Shown here: positions 56,539-64,000 of the stretch, piece after piece | Position numbering within the stretch: the stretch's first letter is position 1 | Layout: each line of letters opens with the position of its first letter | Source of the DNA: a virus | Lineage: Duplodnaviria > Heunggongvirae > Uroviricota > Caudoviricetes | Reading direction: 5' to 3' (one strand) | Virus record (IMG/VR): IMGVR_UViG_3300001687_001192 | DNA length: 64,000 bases | Notes under the pieces: model-generated | Told to the model about the DNA's origin: nothing | The model's input: the letters and a program-made list of their open reading frames with translations, nothing else | Databases searched by the model: none | Program-made: the position numbers and the translations under genes

Positions 56539-57176
56539 AGTTTTAAGATCCCGATTTTGTTCTGGAAAAAATTTTTCTGGAACAGGCGTATAACTTTTTG
56601 TTATGTAGTACGGAAGAGAGACGATGGATTAGGTTGGTGCTCAAGTGTCCAGAGTGTGGGCATCACCTTTGTTAGTTTTAGCTTATGGGCTGAGGTGTTA
56701 CAAGGACCTACTGGTCCTCCATCTCTCATGGACCCCTGCGTGAACGGGCACGTAGGGAGAGATGTAAAGGCTCCATGTAGTCTGTATAGGATAGGTGGGA
56801 GGCTCCTGCCGAGCTTGGAATACCACCCTGACTTATTGGGGCGAGGAGCGAGGCTAATAGGAGACTTGGCACCTCAACTCATAAGTGTAATACAACTCCA
56901 ACAATCTGAGGGCGTTGGCGTAGTTAGGCATGCCATGTTGACGCGCTTGGTCTTTCCTACCTCGGGCAACCAAGGAGACTTGGGCAACAACGAAGTAGAT
57001 GTGGCCATGGTGATACGTGTCCATGGTTTAGGGGAATTGTGAGACCTCGCAAACCTACACAGCGTTCCCGGTCCTCATTGTCTTGCTCCCATTTGAGCGG
57101 GGATGAGGGTGAGAAAGAGAGGCTGAGTTATAGATCTTCTTTGCTTGGGAATCCGGAACTCAAGCAAGGAGGAGCA

Positions 57177-57740
57177 ATGGAGATTCGACGTATGTGGACC
57201 ATGATCGCTACGATCTGTTGTCTTTCTAAGCGTGGCGATAAGTGGGTTGCCAAGGTATCGGAAGGGAGCAAGGTAATCCTCTTGGACAAAAGCTCTCGTC
57301 ATTCTGTCGAGCCGGGCATGAAGGTGCCTGTGGACATCGCCAAGGAGATCGAGAGTTGCATGTTCGGTCGCATCGAGACCGGCATCTTCATCAACGGTCG
57401 CGGGGTCTGGCTTCCCCTCGATATCGAATTCGAGAATGACAGAGCGGTCCTAGAGGCTGCCAAGGTCATCAAGAAGAAGTGGGACGAAGACGCCGAGAAG
57501 CACAAGGCGGAAGCGGCGAAGTATGCTGCTGAGCAGGCCGAACGAAAGCTAGTGGTCGAAAGACTGCTGGACTTGGCGACTCGAAAGCCTGCTGGCAATT
57601 ACATGAGTCGCATTCAGAAGAGGGACAAGGCTCCCTTGACTTCTGAGGAGAAGGAGACGATCCGAGCGTATTTCCAGCTGCCGCCGTGGGGAGTGACCGA
57701 TCGCGGCGAATTCATCGTCACGGACTCTTGCACTGACTAG
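57177..57740 (+). CDS. Hypothetical protein
   Basis: AAGGAGGAG RBS before ATG 57177; GC3-rich codons. Confidence 0.75.
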   Translation: MEIRRMWTMIATICCLSKRGDKWVAKVSEGSKVILLDKSSRHSVEPGMKVPVDIAKEIESCMFGRIETGIFINGRGVWLPLDIEFENDRAVLEAAKVIKKKWDEDAEKHKAEAAKYAAEQAERKLVVERLLDLATRKPAGNYMSRIQKRDKAPLTSEEKETIRAYFQLPPWGVTDRGEFIVTDSCTD

Positions 57741-57747
57741 AGTTCAA

Positions 57748-57823
57748 GAAACCTAACCTGCTCTGGGCAGGCTCCATGATAAGGACATGGAGGAAAGCGG
57801 TTCGAATCCGCTAGGTTTCGCCA
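57748..57823 (+). ncRNA. Non-canonical tRNA (7-bp anticodon stem, loop AT-AAG-GA, 5-nt D-loop), encoded CCA
   Basis: GAAACCT/AGGTTTC-G-CCA; CCTGC/GCAGG; CTCCATG/CATGGAG; AGCGG-TTCGAAT-CCGCT. Confidence 0.75.
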
Positions 57824-57839
57824 TCAACAAGGAGGAGGC

Positions 57840-58052
57840 ATGGAGGTCGAGCGTTTCAAGTGCCCAGGGTGTGGGGCACTAAACGCTCCTGAGATGCAAT
57901 TGGAAAAGCATCGCGGGAGATTGGGCTTTTTGTTGTACCGCAAAGAGCCCGGTCGTGATGGGTTATACGGTGATGAGGACTGCGCTTTTGTGGCGTGGTG
58001 CGATAAGTGCCAGGCGACTCATCATGACGGGCGTTACTCTGCGCCGAAGTAA
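57840..58052 (+). CDS. Small CxxC...CxxC protein
   Basis: AAGGAGGAGG RBS; CPGC, CDKC. Confidence 0.7.
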   Translation: MEVERFKCPGCGALNAPEMQLEKHRGRLGFLLYRKEPGRDGLYGDEDCAFVAWCDKCQATHHDGRYSAPK

Positions 58053-58069
58053 CAACTAAGGAGGAGGTG

Positions 58070-58189
58070 GTGTACCACGTTTACATCGTATATTGCATCT
58101 TGGTATGGATGGAGTACACGATCACATCCATCATTCCTGGCGGTAGGACTTTGGCGATCATCGATGCAATCTTCAAGAAACTTCTGTAG
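58070..58189 (+). CDS. 39-aa hydrophobic peptide (not in ORF track)
   Basis: AAGGAGGAGG RBS, GTG start; MYHVYIVYCILVWMEYTITSIIPGGRTLAIIDAIFKKLL. Confidence 0.55.
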   Translation: MYHVYIVYCILVWMEYTITSIIPGGRTLAIIDAIFKKLL

Positions 58190-58202
58190 CCCGGATTTCA
58201 AC

Positions 58203-58278
58203 GAGACCTAGCCCATATGTTGGTGGGGACCGGCGATCTTTGATCGCGGTTGTGGTGGTTCGACTCCATCAGGTTTCG
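58203..58278 (+). ncRNA. Non-canonical tRNA-shaped RNA with TTT at the anticodon position
   Basis: GAGACCT/AGGTTTC-G; CCCA/TGGG; ACCG(G)CGA/TCGCGGT around TC-TTT-GA; GGTGG-TTCGACT-CCATC. Confidence 0.65.
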
Positions 58279-58297
58279 CTGCCGAAAGGAGACGGTA

Positions 58298-58408
58298 ATG
58301 GAGTGTCCAGTGTGCAAAGGTAAGGGAGAAGTCTACAGCGCACTCCATGGTAAGAAGACGTGTCCTTGCTGCTTTGGGCGCGGGCATGTGAAGAAGCGTA
58401 ACAGATAA
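58298..58408 (+). CDS. 36-aa DnaJ-type zinc-finger mini-protein (not in ORF track)
   Basis: AAGGAG RBS; CPVCKGKG...CPCCFGRG. Confidence 0.7.
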   Translation: MECPVCKGKGEVYSALHGKKTCPCCFGRGHVKKRNR

Positions 58409-58422
58409 AAGGAGGTATCCGT

Positions 58423-58629
58423 ATGGACAGACTAATCCGGTCTCTCGGATGGCAACTTGGAAAGAAGTTGCCACAGGGACCCTTGTGGTCCGAAGAGCCT
58501 CACCAGGAGGACTTGGGAAGGCTCCGCGACCTGCTTGGCCGCGAGCCGACCCTTGATGAGGCGGAGACCTTTTCCTGGGAGTTCAGGCTTTCCAGGAGAA
58601 GGCAGCAGGCGACGGCGTACCGGGGGTAG
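58423..58629 (+). CDS. Hypothetical protein
   Basis: AAAGGAGGT RBS. Confidence 0.7.
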   Translation: MDRLIRSLGWQLGKKLPQGPLWSEEPHQEDLGRLRDLLGREPTLDEAETFSWEFRLSRRRQQATAYRG

Positions 58630-58719
58630 AGTACAGCGACCGGCTAGCATGGTGGTCTTGGGACCAAGCTGGTCGCGCCGGGTGCAGCAAATCAATCTGC
58701 CTTTAAAACAGGCTTCCAC

Positions 58720-58969
58720 GCGCAAAATTGTGAGATCGCGCACAGTGTGGAAGTGCGCTAGAGTTCGGTTGCTGCATGGTAAAGTGGGAGGGTGCTTTAC
58801 CAATCTATTGGCACCGGCGCGTTAGACTCTGCTCGTCTTTGGACGGCGTGAGGTGTGCCCTCGAAAGGGGTTTACAAGAGAAGGCTAACGCAGGTGGGAT
58901 CGCAGGAAGTGGGGCATCTCACCAACTTTTAGTTTTGGGTATAATGTAATTCGGCGTGGCAATTTGCGC
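58720..58969 (+). ncRNA. Putative 250-nt multi-stem RNA
   Basis: Closing GCGCAAAATTG/CAATTTGCGC; inner GCGCAC/GTGCGC, GGTAAAG/CTTTACC, GCGTTAG/CTAACGC, GGTGGGAT/ATCTCACC, GAAA-capped hairpin. Confidence 0.5.
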
Positions 58970-58986
58970 ATACTAGTATGCATTAT

Positions 58987-59063
58987 CGACCCTTAGCGCA
59001 GTCCGGTAGCGCAGGCGTCTTATAAGCGTCAGGTCCCGGGTTCGAATCCCGGAGGGTCGACCA
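58987..59063 (+). tRNA. tRNA-Ile(TAT), second copy, divergent body
   Basis: CGACCCT/AGGGTCG, loop CT-TAT-AA, ends ACCA. Confidence 0.88.
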
Positions 59064-59076
59064 AAAGGAGGACAGG

Positions 59077-59337
59077 ATGAAGTACACTATCTTGCTGATA
59101 ATTCTTGCCATTCGTTGGGCGGGTCGAGAGGAGGGCTTCGAACTGCCGAATCTCATTTCCTATATCCTCACGGATATGCACTACCCTATTTCTCCACCAG
59201 AGGTGGGAAAGTTGTTGGGTGAGTTGGAGAGAGACGGGCTGATAGAAGAGGCTTCTGGGCGGCCGGATCTCACTAGCAAAGGGGATGAGTACCTCTCAGA
59301 CAAGTTAAAAGAGAGGGCTCTACGTCTACACAGATAA
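59077..59337 (+). CDS. Small protein, possible winged-helix fold
   Basis: AAAGGAGG RBS; ISPPEVGKLLGELERDGLIE...DLTSKG. Confidence 0.65.
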   Translation: MKYTILLIILAIRWAGREEGFELPNLISYILTDMHYPISPPEVGKLLGELERDGLIEEASGRPDLTSKGDEYLSDKLKERALRLHR

Positions 59338-59341
59338 AGAT

Positions 59342-59440
59342 GGGCCTGTAGCTCAATTGGTAGAGGGGAAACATGGGGTGACCGCAATGCCTAGTGGCCC
59401 CGCTGGGAGGTTGCCGGTTCGAATCCGGCCAGGTCCACTA
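59342..59440 (+). ncRNA. tRNA-shaped RNA with expanded non-canonical anticodon region
   Basis: GGGCCTG/CAGGTCC-A-CTA; TAGCTCAATTGGTAGAG; GCCGG-TTCGAAT-CCGGC. Confidence 0.65.
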
Positions 59441-59640
59441 CAAAGAAATTAACGGTTCCCACACGGATGATCCCTAGATCCTCATCTAACGTGGGTGTGT
59501 GTACAAAGGGTGCGCGATACAGGCAGCGTTGTTGGCGCATTGGCAGGCTCGGAGCTGTCCTGACACTTGCAGGTAGAGATCTTCCATTCTAGGGCTCTGG
59601 AAGCTCTACTATTGTTATTTTCCGTATAAGGAAGTGATTC

Positions 59641-59946
59641 ATGTGTAAGGATGGAACGACCGAGAGTGTCGAGCAGCTAAGGGACGAAGTGGTGAGACTA
59701 CGTAAGTTGGAGTCTGACACCTGGAACTCTTACAAGAAACTGTGGAATACCTACAGCCAGCTCAAAAAACATAACGACGAGGTGTGGGAAGCCTATGAGA
59801 AATCGCACCACGCGCATTGCAGTGATTTGGATGAGCTGAGTGAGCTACATGCTAAGCAAAGGCGGCAGTGGTTATTTTTTGCGCTGGGTCTCTCAGTGTT
59901 CTGGGCCATCATCAACTTGCTAACGATATGGTATTATAGCTGCTAG
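59641..59946 (+). CDS. Coiled-coil protein with C-terminal transmembrane segment
   Basis: Heptad-like N-terminus; WLFFALGLSVFWAIINLLTIW. Confidence 0.7.
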   Translation: MCKDGTTESVEQLRDEVVRLRKLESDTWNSYKKLWNTYSQLKKHNDEVWEAYEKSHHAHCSDLDELSELHAKQRRQWLFFALGLSVFWAIINLLTIWYYSC

Positions 59947-59975
59947 CTTTTTCACCCGACAACAAGGAGAGCATA

Positions 59976-60254
59976 ATGCTCATCAAAATTCCTAGCAGCA
60001 GACGTGGACACAGATGCGACTGCTGTCAGGTCGCAATTGCGACTCTTAAACATACTTCTGGCATCTTTGTCCAGTTGGTGTGTGATGGGTGCAAGCAGCG
60101 CTATTGGTGGAGGTTTGGGATAGAGGACGTGGTGTCGGAAGACACGGAGTCCGTGTACCTCCGCAGCCCTGGGCTGCTAGGACTTAACGGAAGGACATAC
60201 CGTTGCTGCAAGAAGTGCTGCAAGCGGTGGGAGAATTGTAGTTGTAGGAGGTAG
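59976..60254 (+). CDS. Cys-rich hypothetical protein
   Basis: AAGGAG RBS. Confidence 0.65.
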   Translation: MLIKIPSSRRGHRCDCCQVAIATLKHTSGIFVQLVCDGCKQRYWWRFGIEDVVSEDTESVYLRSPGLLGLNGRTYRCCKKCCKRWENCSCRR

Positions 60255-60255
60255 C

Positions 60256-60516
60256 GTGCGAGAGATACCGGAAAAACTTTGGACTACGTCCGACTGTTTA
60301 ACATGTCGACACATAGGACGTTGGCCAGATGGGAACGTTGAAGTGCCAAGGATCTACGTCTACGCGGGCTGGATACGATGTGGTAGGTGGCGCAGTCCTG
60401 GACGCTGGGCATATCCAAACTCGCATGATGTGAAGTGGAACAGCGGGCCATGCGGGGACTATGAGCGTTCTAGATGGGCCGCTTTTAGAAAGTGGCTTAA
60501 AACGATACTTAAGTAG
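60256..60516 (+). CDS. Cys/Trp-rich hypothetical protein
   Basis: AGGAGGT RBS, GTG start. Confidence 0.6.
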   Translation: MREIPEKLWTTSDCLTCRHIGRWPDGNVEVPRIYVYAGWIRCGRWRSPGRWAYPNSHDVKWNSGPCGDYERSRWAAFRKWLKTILK

Positions 60517-60522
60517 CAGTAT

Positions 60523-60594
60523 GGCCCTGTGGTCCAGCGGTCAGGACATCGGTCTTTCACGCCGATAACCCGAGTTCGACTCTCGGCAGGGTCA
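60523..60594 (+). tRNA. tRNA-Glu(TTC), CCA not encoded
   Basis: GGCCCTG/CAGGGTC, loop CT-TTC-AC, followed by CTA. Confidence 0.88.
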
Positions 60595-60614
60595 CTAAGG
60601 AAAGGAGGTACATC

Positions 60615-60833
60615 ATGTTTGACAGAGTGGATCTGCACGTGATGCATCCCGATGGAATGATGGAGCGAGTGGTTGTGCTTCATCAGGAGGCCGATTTCTT
60701 TGGTTTGGTGGCCAGGGAAATCGCCTTGCAAAAGAGGCGCGGTTGTGTCGTCAGGGGAGTTTCGACGGAGCAACATGCGCTCATCCCGCCGATGCTCATG
60801 CCGGGAAGACTTCCGGTTGGAGCCTTGAGATGA
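60615..60833 (+). CDS. Hypothetical protein
   Basis: AAAGGAGGT RBS. Confidence 0.7.
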   Translation: MFDRVDLHVMHPDGMMERVVVLHQEADFFGLVAREIALQKRRGCVVRGVSTEQHALIPPMLMPGRLPVGALR

Positions 60834-60894
60834 GTTTCTCCGTTCTCTAAAAACGGAGTGGTGGAGGAGCGACGGGGAAACCTGTCGCCCCCTT

Positions 60895-60995
60895 GGGCCA
60901 AAGATGCTGGTGCATCACGACCTCCGTAACGGGTCGTATGGAGTTCGATTCTCTTTAGCCTTGGAGGTGTGCAGGTTCGATCCCTGCTTGGCCCA
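60895..60995 (+). ncRNA. Non-canonical tRNA-shaped RNA, GTA at the anticodon position, second T-loop-like hairpin
   Basis: GGGCCAA/TTGGCCC-A; GATGC/GCATC; ACGACCT/GGGTCGT around CC-GTA-AC; GGAG-TTCGATT-CTCT; GCAGG-TTCGATC-CCTGC. Confidence 0.7.
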
Positions 60996-61052
60996 CGGCC
61001 CTCCCGTTAGCGACGGGGTCAGGGAATTACGAGCCGGTTAGCGACCGGCGCT

Positions 61053-61203
61053 GGTCGATTCTCGTGCTTCATGGTTTTTGGGACTTATTGTGTCCGCTGC
61101 AAGTTCTAGGCTATGACAGCAGGGAGAGCGCCTCTAGGATAGGCGGAGTTCTTGGCACTAGCCATGTGCAAACGGTGCGCAGGTTCAATTCCTGCATCGA
61201 CCA
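61053..61203 (+). ncRNA. 151-nt RNA with tRNA acceptor/T-arm and multibranch insert
   Basis: GGTCGAT/ATCGACC-A; GCAGG-TTCAATT-CCTGC; CATGGTT/AGCCATG; CGCCT/AGGCG. Confidence 0.55.
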
Positions 61204-61206
61204 CTG

Positions 61207-61303
61207 AAGCTGGCAGGTAAGATGCTGAAGGTGTCCATAAGAAAGTACCAGCCTTTAGCAGGACGGAGTAGGACTTAAATCGGGCAGTTCCGCTGCCAGC
61301 TTC
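61207..61303 (+). ncRNA. Structured element immediately 5' of tmRNA
   Basis: GAAGCTGGCAG/CTGCCAGCTTC 11-bp closing stem then TTTT; TGCTGAAGG/CCTTTAGCA. Confidence 0.45.
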
Positions 61304-61307
61304 TTTT

Positions 61308-61657
61308 GGGCTCGACAAGGTTTCGACGTGGGTGATGGAGCATAGGGATGCAAGCCGGGGATGGTTACAGCCTCGTTAAAAAGTGACCACACAATAACTT
61401 CCAACGAAGTTGAATTCAGAGCTGCTGCATAGCAGTTCCGTTCTACCAGCTCTCCCGTCTGTGACGGCTGGATAGAGCGACGACGGACAGGCTGGGCGCT
61501 AGCAATCTCGGCTAGCTAGCGCTAAGATTCAGTCGGGAAACGAAGTCAAGAAGCCTGCTGCTGGGCGTCTCGGTGGGTATACAAAACATCAGCTAAGCTT
61601 GTAGAATCTCGTGTGAAGCACTTGCGGACCCGGGTTCGATTCCCGGCGAGTCCACGA
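61308..61657 (+). ncRNA. ssrA: tmRNA, tag (A)SNEVEFRAAA
   Basis: GGGCTCG/CGAGTCC with G3-U70; GGTTTCGAC; ATAACT then tag 61400-61432; CCGGG-TTCGATT-CCCGG. Confidence 0.92.
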
Positions 61658-61778
61658 TGCGGTGTCGCTCTATGAGGGCACGCAGAAGTCCCACAGCCGT
61701 TTAGTCCGAGGTCTTCTATCCGTGACGGGATGGAAGTCGCTGTGGGCGTCAATTTTCGTACAACCAAAAGGAGGTCGC

Positions 61779-61982
61779 ATGGATACGAGGAAGCGTAGAA
61801 GACGCAACCAGCGTAGACGGGAGAGACGTCGTAAGCAGAGGGAGAGTCAGGGTCCGAAGAAGCTGACCAAGGGCCAGCGGAAGGCCCGCCTGCAGCAGTC
61901 GATGAAGCAGAGGCGCAAGTATCAGCGGCCAGACGGTGCTGACTACATCGTGTTGCTCGAAAGGCGGGCGTCGAAAGCGTAG
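61779..61982 (+). CDS. Arg/Lys-rich basic protein
   Basis: AAAGGAGGT RBS; MDTRKRRRRNQRRRERRRKQR. Confidence 0.7.
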   Translation: MDTRKRRRRNQRRRERRRKQRESQGPKKLTKGQRKARLQQSMKQRRKYQRPDGADYIVLLERRASKA

Positions 61983-62076
61983 TAGCGCATGGCGGTAGGT
62001 CTACCACGGCAAGTGCGAGGCACTTTGCCCTGAGAAGTTCCAGCCCAAATCCACCTTTGAATTTCCAGAGGAATAA

Positions 62077-62235
62077 ATGGACGCATACAGAGACTATTTG
62101 CGCCTGTTAAAACAATTACATAGACTAGATCGCAAAGGTAAGCTCGACTCTGACCAGGCAGAAGCTATTAGAGAAAAGATGGATGGCTTGTGGAGGGAGT
62201 TGAGCAACGAGGAGCGAAAGCGTGCTGGACGTTAG
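62077..62235 (+). CDS. 52-aa helical hypothetical protein (not in ORF track)
   Basis: GAGGA RBS; MDAYRDYLRLLKQL...KRAGR. Confidence 0.6.
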   Translation: MDAYRDYLRLLKQLHRLDRKGKLDSDQAEAIREKMDGLWRELSNEERKRAGR

Positions 62236-62251
62236 TCGGCGAAGCTTTCTG

Positions 62252-62295
62252 AGGGCGATTAGCTCAGTTGGAAGGGCGATTAGCTCAGTTGGAAG
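62252..62295 (+). repeat. 21-nt tandem duplication of the tRNA-Val 5' end
   Basis: AGGGCGATTAGCTCAGTTGGA x2. Confidence 0.95.
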
Positions 62296-62346
62296 AGCAA
62301 TTGGTTTACACCCAATAGGTCGTAGGTTCGAGCCCTGCATCGCCTA
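62274..62346 (+). tRNA. tRNA-Val(TAC), CCA not encoded
   Basis: GGGCGAT/ATCGCCT, loop TT-TAC-AC, followed by CCG. Confidence 0.9.
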
Positions 62347-62370
62347 CCGACTCTAGCCAGGAGGATGAAA

Positions 62371-62538
62371 ATGAGTCGCATTGTGGCATTGATGAAGATG
62401 GCCATGTTCGCCATGAGGCAGATTCCTCGCCAGCTTCCTGAGCCTCGCGTAATTTCTCGCGAGGTTGTTGCGCAGGACAGCGATGGTCTGCGGCGCGTCG
62501 AGTTCAAGGAGACGAGGGTCTTGACCCTTTATTTCTAG
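62371..62538 (+). CDS. 55-aa hypothetical protein (not in ORF track)
   Basis: AGGAGG RBS; MSRIVALMKMAMFAMRQ... Confidence 0.55.
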   Translation: MSRIVALMKMAMFAMRQIPRQLPEPRVISREVVAQDSDGLRRVEFKETRVLTLYF

Positions 62539-62677
62539 GCTTGCGTCGTACCCTAGCCGGCAGGTTGGGGAAAGCGTCTGGGCTTTGGTTTGGACATTTT
62601 CCCCAATCTGCAAGCATAATGCTCTCTGGCCCCCCTGGGTAACAGTGCCCAGGGGGGCAGTAACAGTGGAGGCTTTT

Positions 62678-62923
62678 ATGCTAATGAGAACTTTAAACAA
62701 CGGCAATTCTGAGTGGCTGCCAGAGAAGGCATGTCGCATGGCTTATTGGAATCCTACGGCGGGGACCTTAATCCTTTCTGGTCCTGGTCCAGACAGCGGA
62801 GGCGAGGTCGTATCAAGATGCTACAAAGCGCCGGCTGACTGGGAAGGTCGCCCTCATAAGGTTGTCCGCGCATGGATGACCTATGGTCATTTGCCGCTTC
62901 GTCCTTGGCGTAGAGCGATATAG
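62678..62923 (+). CDS. Hypothetical protein
   Basis: GGAGG RBS before ATG 62678. Confidence 0.6.
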   Translation: MLMRTLNNGNSEWLPEKACRMAYWNPTAGTLILSGPGPDSGGEVVSRCYKAPADWEGRPHKVVRAWMTYGHLPLRPWRRAI

Positions 62924-62932
62924 GAGACAGTC

Positions 62933-63292
62933 ATGGTTCCTAAGAAAGGAGATATAGTTAGATTTAGTCCGGAATTCATCAAGTATTTGGAAGACCGTGG
63001 GGACTCTAGCTGGTTTGAGCGATGGTATACGGACCTAGAGATAGAGAGCTGTTGGCGCAGAACAAATGGCGACTATAGAGTGGCTTGGAAGAAGATAGCC
63101 GGCAAAGATAGCGACGATATTAACTATATAGGCCTTGATGAGAATGGGGTTGGTACACACTCTGGCGTTGTGATATTCGTCCCGGTCCATGCGTCGTCTT
63201 GCGCCACAGATCCTATCTGCACTGATTGCAACGTTCCAATGGAGTACGTGAACTTTGCTTACAAGTGCCCGCGATGTTGGAAGCGAGCTTAG
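62933..63292 (+). CDS. Hypothetical protein with C-terminal zinc ribbon
   Basis: AGGAG RBS; CTDC...CPRC. Confidence 0.7.
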   Translation: MVPKKGDIVRFSPEFIKYLEDRGDSSWFERWYTDLEIESCWRRTNGDYRVAWKKIAGKDSDDINYIGLDENGVGTHSGVVIFVPVHASSCATDPICTDCNVPMEYVNFAYKCPRCWKRA

Positions 63293-63791
63293 GCTTCATA
63301 AGCTAGAGCGAACAGGAAAATTCTTAGAGTGCTGGTGCCTTTTTTCCGTTCTTTTGAACTAAAGACGGGTAAGCGCACATTCATCGTGCCGCCGAAGGAG
63401 AACGCGAAACAAGAACCTGGCACATACTGAGTTTCTTTTTTGCTTTAGCTTATGAGGCTTATATCTAGCGCGGTACAGTGCGGCTGAGGTCGCAGACATA
63501 TGTCTATGCTCTGCCAGCCCTTTGGGCCATGAGAAGAGAGCTATACGGCTAGGATATAATAGCGGTTGAGGGTAAGTAAGTGTCCCCACAAAGAAGCGTC
63601 ATTGGCTTTGTACCAGGCGTGAGAATGGTACGCACAACCGTGATGGGGTAGATCCGCTATATAAATAAACCCTACGAAGAGTTCAAGTGTTCATAGTTGC
63701 CCCAGATCAGAGTGGTGCGCCTCTTAAACCGGGTGCGGCAGTGAGCGATGGCGGAAGACTCCATGCCGGATGATAGCCTAGACCGGCAATT
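63291..63791 (+). ncRNA. Putative large structured RNA (four consecutive closed domains)
   Basis: 20-bp stem 63293-63312/63439-63458; ATATCTAGC/GCTAGGATAT; ATAGCGG/CCGCTAT; AGTTGCC/GGCAATT. Confidence 0.55.
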
Positions 63792-63805
63792 TTTAGGAGA
63801 GTGTG

Positions 63806-64000
63806 ATGGCTAAGAGACATTATTTTAGGATGTTGCGAACGGATACACAGATTGCTTCGATGTGGTCTTTATGTGGTATGGCTGCCGGTTATTCTGATGG
63901 AGCTAGTCACGTGGCCACAGATATAGAAAACACAGATTGTAAGACGTGTATTCGTATTTATAATAAAGATAAACAAAGTACAGTTCATTATTTAGTTGGT
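63806..64000 (+). CDS. Hypothetical protein, runs off window end
   Basis: AGGAG RBS; frame open to 64000. Confidence 0.55.
   Translation, partial: MAKRHYFRMLRTDTQIASMWSLCGMAAGYSDGASHVATDIENTDCKTCIRIYNKDKQSTVHYLVG

Noticed and set aside
56557-57042. 161-aa + strand ORF, and similar ORFs at 54019, 55122 and 58457
   Set aside because: No Shine-Dalgarno, implausible composition, and they overlap structured RNAs or better-supported ORFs in another frame
58630-58680. tRNA-Pro-like fragment (TAGCATGGTGGTCTTGGGACCA)
   Set aside because: No T-arm or acceptor stem; probably just a hairpin

Overview
Fragment of a large (jumbo-type) dsDNA bacteriophage genome. All credible genes are on the + strand and read in the standard code. 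1-7.4 kb: sugar-nucleotide/glycosylation cluster (NeuB-like, SDR, two GT2, methyltransferase, Fcl, Gmd, degenerate RmlB). 7.5-26 kb: tubulin/FtsZ-family GTPase, SF2 helicase, HNH, DnaC-like loader, DnaB, a complete PrkA-YeaH-SpoVR module, SLOG, sigma factor, class II RNR and PhoH. 26-34 kb: five large, probably virion proteins (FG-GAP, Ig-like, DGY-rich). 34-42 kb: MetAP, a free-standing intein relic, Tmk, amidase endolysin, ThyX and an FAD oxidoreductase. 42-48 kb: an array of small genes, most sharing an N-terminal M-[KR]-h-h-N motif. 48-53.5 kb: large proteins built from a repeated domain and punctuated by [ILM]SKRA, one containing topoisomerase IB. At about 53.83 kb the composition jumps to GC-rich. 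That region holds short ORFs, six canonical tRNAs, a tmRNA, about eight tRNA-shaped RNAs with remodelled D/anticodon arms, and several long structured non-coding segments. The best candidates for undescribed biology are the non-canonical tRNA-shaped RNA family, the SKRA-delimited polyprotein-like genes, the shared N-terminal leader motif and the large structured RNAs. All family calls come from motif recognition by eye and RNA pairings were checked by hand. No database search or folding program was run.
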